From the human T2T-CHM13v2.0 reference genome, Homo sapiens: a stretch of 64,000 nucleotides of DNA. How positions within the stretch are numbered: the stretch's first letter is position 1; each line of letters starts with the position of its first letter. The position numbers and the translations under genes were made by a program. Of this stretch, positions 58,945 to 64,000 are shown piece after piece. The stretch lies in assembly GCF_009914755.1 (NCBI RefSeq), contig NC_060926.1; one strand, written 5' to 3'. The notes under the pieces were generated by a model. That model searched no databases, was not told the DNA's origin, and saw only the letters and a list, made by a program, of their open reading frames with translations.

Positions 58945-59034
58945 GATGAGAGGAAGGGGAAAGAGGATGGAGGGAGAAAAGGAAAGGGGAAGGAAGAGAG
59001 GAAGGAAGGGAGGGAGGGAGGGAGGGAGGGAGGG
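58945..59034 (+). repeat. Polypurine tract ending in (GGGA)6GGG
   Basis: Direct reading. Seven GGG runs at 59008-59034. Confidence 0.9.
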
Positions 59035-59129
59035 TAAATGTTTTTGGAGACCTAGAAACTTCACCATTTACTGACCATAATGTCAGTACTGTTGGTTTCA
59101 AATGGATTGAGGCAATACATACGGCCTTC

Positions 59130-59500
59130 AGGTAGTTTCTATATTTTGACTATTGTGAATAATGCTGCAATGAACATGGGAGTACAAATATCTCTTCAAT
59201 ATAGTGGTTTCATGTCTTTTCAATGTAAACCCAGAAGGAGCATTGCTGGATTATATGGTAGTTCTATTTTTTGTGTCTGGGAACTCTATATTGTTTTCCA
59301 TAATGGTTGCACAAATTTACATTCCTACCAACAGTGTGCAAGGGTACCCTTTTCTCCACACCTTCGCCAACTCTTGCTATCTCTTGTCTTTTTTGATAAC
59401 AGCTATCCTAACACGGGTGGTTTTAATTTGCATTTCTCTGATGATTAGTGATCCTGAGCACCTTTTCATATACCTGTTAGCCATTTGTACATCTTCTTTG
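59130..59500 (-). mobile_element. L1M ORF2/3' fragment
   Basis: CTATTGTGAATAATGCTGCAATGAACATGGGAGTACAAATATCTCTTC...TTTAATTTGCATTTCTCTGATGATTAGTGA. Confidence 0.85.
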
Positions 59501-62280
59501 TTTTTTCTTAGCCTACACATCATGTGTGTTCAAGATACCACCCCTATAGTAGGAATGAGGATCTGCAGCAAAATGAGCAGAGAGTTTAGGGAAAGAGCAA
59601 AGGCAGTTTATAGAGTGAGGTGACCTTTAGATCTCAGTCTCAGACAACCTAGAGGTGTTACAAAGCAAACAGAAGCAAATATGAGCCTCCAAATACTTTT
59701 CATTCCCTCTTACTCTCTCAATCTTTTTGGTGCTACTATCAGAGACAACAGGCCTGTTGAGGAAATGTTAACTGTTAAGCAGGCATGAATTTCTGTGAAG
59801 GGCTGATTCATTTTGTCATGGGATCTTTTATCCATGAATATGTTTATGGTTCCTGCCTGCTTCCATTAAAATACTTACATGCTGTCCTCTTTATAGGCAA
59901 AGAGGAGGAACCTGCTATAATTTTAATTGTTGTTTTTGTTTTTCTCAGAGTTCTGATTTTTTTGTTTGTTTGTTTTGGAAAATGTGTTGTGGTATTTAAT
60001 ACTCATGTAGCTAATATTTTTAGGTATCTGAGAAACTTAAGGAGAAAATTAATGGATTGAGTAAACTGTCTCCTGGGCTGTGAGTTTCTGGAAGTCCCAG
60101 GAAGGCCTGGAACATTCATTCAGCTTTATATTTCTGTGAGCTTTCTACTTTCTAGATACTTCATAAATGCTTATTGAATTATTGGGAAAAAAGACATTTA
60201 GAATGATATCAACAGCTAGTATCTTGGACAAAAGATATTTTGGAAACTTTATTCATATGGAGTAAGGAGATACCTATTTCTCTAAAATTGTACAACATAA
60301 TGAAAGACTATGTTTTCCATAGTCTGAGATTTCCAGAGCAATTCCAAGACTGAGATTTCCAGAGCAATCTCAGCTTCTTGACTGTGTAGGCTTATGCTCT
60401 ATAGGTGATCAATCAAGGGTGTCAGTGGAATTAACACAAATTTAAATATATAAATCCATCTTTTTTTTTTTTTTGCGTACCTGAACCTTATCATAGCAAT
60501 AGCAACAGCAGTAAATCAGAACTTATTAATTACTATTATTTGCAGTTCTTTAGTCTGTTTTTAACAATGTATTTTATTTTGTATTTTCATACTAAAAATT
60601 AAAATATGAGAAAAGTATTCAGAGGATAATTTCACTTGCTTTTTTCTAGTTTTAAGAAAACTATATATGTGACTATAAACATACAAATTTTAAGTATAAA
60701 TAAATATGTATGATTATATATGTAATATATGTATATAATCTTTGGGTAGAAGAGGATAGAAAATATCATTTATCATGTCAGTGTTTATCATGTTAAACAC
60801 TGACAAACATATGCTTCTAAACCTACCAGTTCTAGAACATACTGTTGCTTCCCTTGAAGTCACTCCAGGCTCTTGGCTAGACGTATATTCACAAGATATT
60901 TTTAGACTTACCCTTGCTTCAAAATGAGGTGTAATTTCAGACTGGCTTTCAGGGTAAGCATGCTGAATATCAAAACATGCCTTTTTGCTTATCTACTAAA
61001 CAAGTGAGCATTTTTTCTACCCTGGTTGAAGTTCACTTTCATAGCCTGCTTAACACGGCTATTTACATGAACATTTTGGTGGCCTTTATTTTTTCTTAAG
61101 AAATTTTATTTCATAAGGGTCTAATACAGCATATTTAGAAAACATGAAATTAACAATCACTAAAACACTGTGCACTGAAATATAGACAGTTCCACCAGAA
61201 TACAGGCTGTTAAGCCAGAGAAAAATAAGTTTGCCCAAGACAGCAATTAAGTAGAAATGAATTTAAACAACTCTAGTTTTTGTTGTTGCTGTTTTTTGAG
61301 TTTTTTAGCAGGGGGAGGAAACATTATGAATCAATTAACTGTGGAAAGATTACTTGGAGACTTGACACAGGAGACATATTTCTGAGGTACTCCTGGAAGA
61401 TTATTCCATCACACAGCCCTGAAATTTCCTAGAACATTCTTCAGATGCCTCACAGAGTGGCCTTAAAGTTGATGCTTACGGCAGCTTAACTGTCCCCTCA
61501 TGACCGAATCTCAGATACTTCTTGGGTAAAGCAAAAATTTTAATGATAATTTATAGATTTTGGTTAAAGAAACTGGATGAGTGGTTCTTTCCTGGATTTA
61601 TTAGCATTATCACATGCTTGAGCTAATAAAATAATTCTGGGAAACAGCTTCTACCCTGACCCTTTCCCCACCCTGACCCTTTCCCAGTACTATAGAACAA
61701 CAACTCTGGATTCTTTCCAGTAGTGAAACATCACAGTGTGGTGGATCAGGAACAAGGACCTATCTCCAAGAGAACTGCATGGCCCCTGGTTTGCACCTTC
61801 GATGGCAGTAACTGCTTTACTACTTTATGAAAATCTTCCTCTCCTCACATCCTTAGGTGATATAGAGTATTGGGAAAAACAAAACAAAGGTCAAGTTGTG
61901 TAATGTTTTAACACAAATGTAATTTTGTTTTATTAAATGTAAGTTAGCTGATAATTGAACTAAGAATATTGTTCTCACAGATAAAACAAGATAAATAACA
62001 GGGATATTCATAATTGAAAAACTCACACAATATAGTCAAGAAATGTATAAAATACTGACCCCAAACAATATTTCCAACTTTAACTCAATAACTAATGATA
62101 AATTATCTGATATTTTGTCAGCAAAATTAATATTGCTGAGATTACACTTTAAAATTCTATGTTCTCTGTTATACTTTTCTTAATAAAAGAAACAATGAAC
62201 ACACAGATATACATCTATTACTATATTCATGTGGCCAGTTTCTTGAGCTGTCTAAACTATGCAGTGTAAACATGAAATCC

Positions 62281-62595
62281 TTTTTTAATTTTTAATTTTT
62301 GTGGGTACATAGTAGGTGTATGTATTTATGGGGTATATGAAATGTTTTGATACAGGCATGTAATGCATAATAATCATGTCATGGAAAAGGTCCTAGGTCT
62401 CTATGATCAGTGGTTAGCAAATCAATCCAGGTTTTGTGCCCTTCCCTTTAGGGTAGCAAGTTCGCCCAAGTCCCAGGTGGGTCTGAAGATCCTATCTGAA
62501 AGCCAGGGACTGGAGTCAAAAGCCTTATAAATTTACCGGTATTCTATTCTGCTGCAACTAAGCTGGCACTCAAACCAAAATACAAAGTCCTTTCA
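62281..62595 (-). mobile_element. L1MA1/2-type 3' end fused to L1M1-type 5' UTR sequence
   Basis: TTTTGTGGGTACATAGTAGGTGTATGTATTTATGGGGTA (3' end), then CCCTTCCCTTTAGGG...AGCCAGGGACTGGAGTC...AAGCTGGCACTCAAACC (5' UTR). Confidence 0.7.
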
Positions 62596-62599
62596 GCCC

Positions 62600-63740
62600 T
62601 CTATAGTTGTTTTCATCAACTATAATCTCTTTTGGTCAAGTACCCAAATCTTTAGTCAATTTTTCAAATTGGTTTGTTTGGTTTTTATTATTGAATTTTG
62701 AAAGTTCTATATTGTTCTGAATGTAAGTTCTCTATCAGATATGTAATTTTTAAACATTTTTTTCCAAATCTGTGGCTTGCCTTTTCGTTCTGTTAAAAGT
62801 ATATTTCAAGGAGCAGATGTTCTTAACTCTGATGAAACCCAGTTTATCAAATTTTTCATTTTTGGTTTATGCATTTGGTGGTGTATCTAAGGAATTTTTT
62901 TTCTAACTGAACATATTTCCTGTGCTTTTCTGTTTGCCATTTTATGTTTGTAATTTAGGTTTATGGTTCATTTTGAGTTAATTTTTATATATAGTATGAC
63001 ATGTAGATTGAAATGCTTTTGGAGGGATTTTGTTACTGTTTTTGTTGTGTTATTTGGTTAGGTTTGGATTTTTCTGCAGACAGTACACAATTATTTCACA
63101 ATTTCTTGAAAATGTCATCCTTTTTCCATTGAATTACGTTGGAATCTCTGCAGAGAGATTAGACCATGTATGGCCGAGTCTATTTCTGAATTCTCAGTTC
63201 TTTGCTGTTGACCTATTTTTCTGTCTTGACACTAATATCACGCCATCTTGATTGGTGTAGTTTATAATAAGTCTCCGAGTCAGGTACTGCAAGTCCTCCA
63301 ATTTTGCTCTTTTTTCAAAGTTATTTGCGTGATTCTAAGTATTTGCATTTCCATTTGCATTTTAGAATGAGGTTGCTAAGTTTTGCTGGAATTTTTATTG
63401 GGATTACATTCAATCTACTGATGAATTTGAGGGAAATCAACACATTAACAATATTAATTCTTTCAACCCATGGACAAGTCATATGTCTCCCTTATTTAGT
63501 CTTTAATTTTTCTCATTTGACATAAGCATTTCATCATTTTCATGCAGTTGTAGCTTTTAATTTTATTTCTGATCATTTTTTGCTATTGCATAGAAATACA
63601 ATTGAATTTTGTATATTAATCTCATATCTTGCAACTTTGCTAAATTCACTAGTTCTAGTAGCTTTTGAATATATTCTATAGTATTTTCTATGTAGACTAT
63701 TATGTCATCTGCAAATAAAGACACTTTTATTTCTTATTAA
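62600..63740 (-). mobile_element. Old L1M ORF2 fragment
   Basis: CATTTTGAGTTAATTTTTATATATAG, TTTTTATTGGGATTACATTCAATCT, TATGTCATCTGCAAATAAAGA. Confidence 0.8.
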
Positions 63741-64000
63741 TATGAGAAAGAGATAGGATATACTATTATACATGTTAGATTAGACATAGGGATTTTCCCT
63801 CTGAAATCCCATTAAAATGAGAATTAAGAAGTAAAATATGCATGACCCACAAGAACAAGGAAGCCACTAGAAGTGACAGTCAATAAAAAAATCAGCCAAC
63901 TTTAAGAGAAGATGGGAATGTGATGTGATGTAAGGCCTTACATTAATATTATATGCTGTCTTGGCATCTGGTAAAATCAAGAGGACCTCAAATGGCCTAA

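Noticed and set aside
59080-59623. Overlapping 122- and 139-aa ORFs
   Set aside because: Antisense readings of an L1 fragment.

Overview
Primate (human-like) AT-rich, repeat-dense DNA that looks intergenic or deep intronic. I cannot support any cellular protein-coding exon, tRNA, rRNA or CRISPR array, and the long ORFs in the track are L1, HERV-H or Alu remnants. Main landmarks: (1) an L1PA3-5-type LINE-1 (13690-18004) with a ~1.85 kb microhomology-bounded deletion of the RT region and a broken antisense ORF0; (2) an older L1PA13-16-type element (~19450-28245) carrying a nested THE1D MaLR and three Alus; (3) a 7.9 kb two-LTR HERV-H provirus (33055-40940, TATCT target duplication) with gag-pro-pol and an internally deleted env; (4) a twin-primed, 5'-inverted L1MA (50244-53114). 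Many Alu, MIR, L2, MaLR and hAT/mariner fossils fill the rest. I found no convincing new biological system. The most testable oddities are reciprocal loss of the TATA box and poly(A) signal in the two HERV-H LTRs, a 139-bp locally templated insertion, a palindrome-perfected MADE1, paired octamers and a strong CTCF motif. Subfamily names come from recalled consensus sequences and need RepeatMasker/Dfam confirmation. Boundaries of old elements are approximate.
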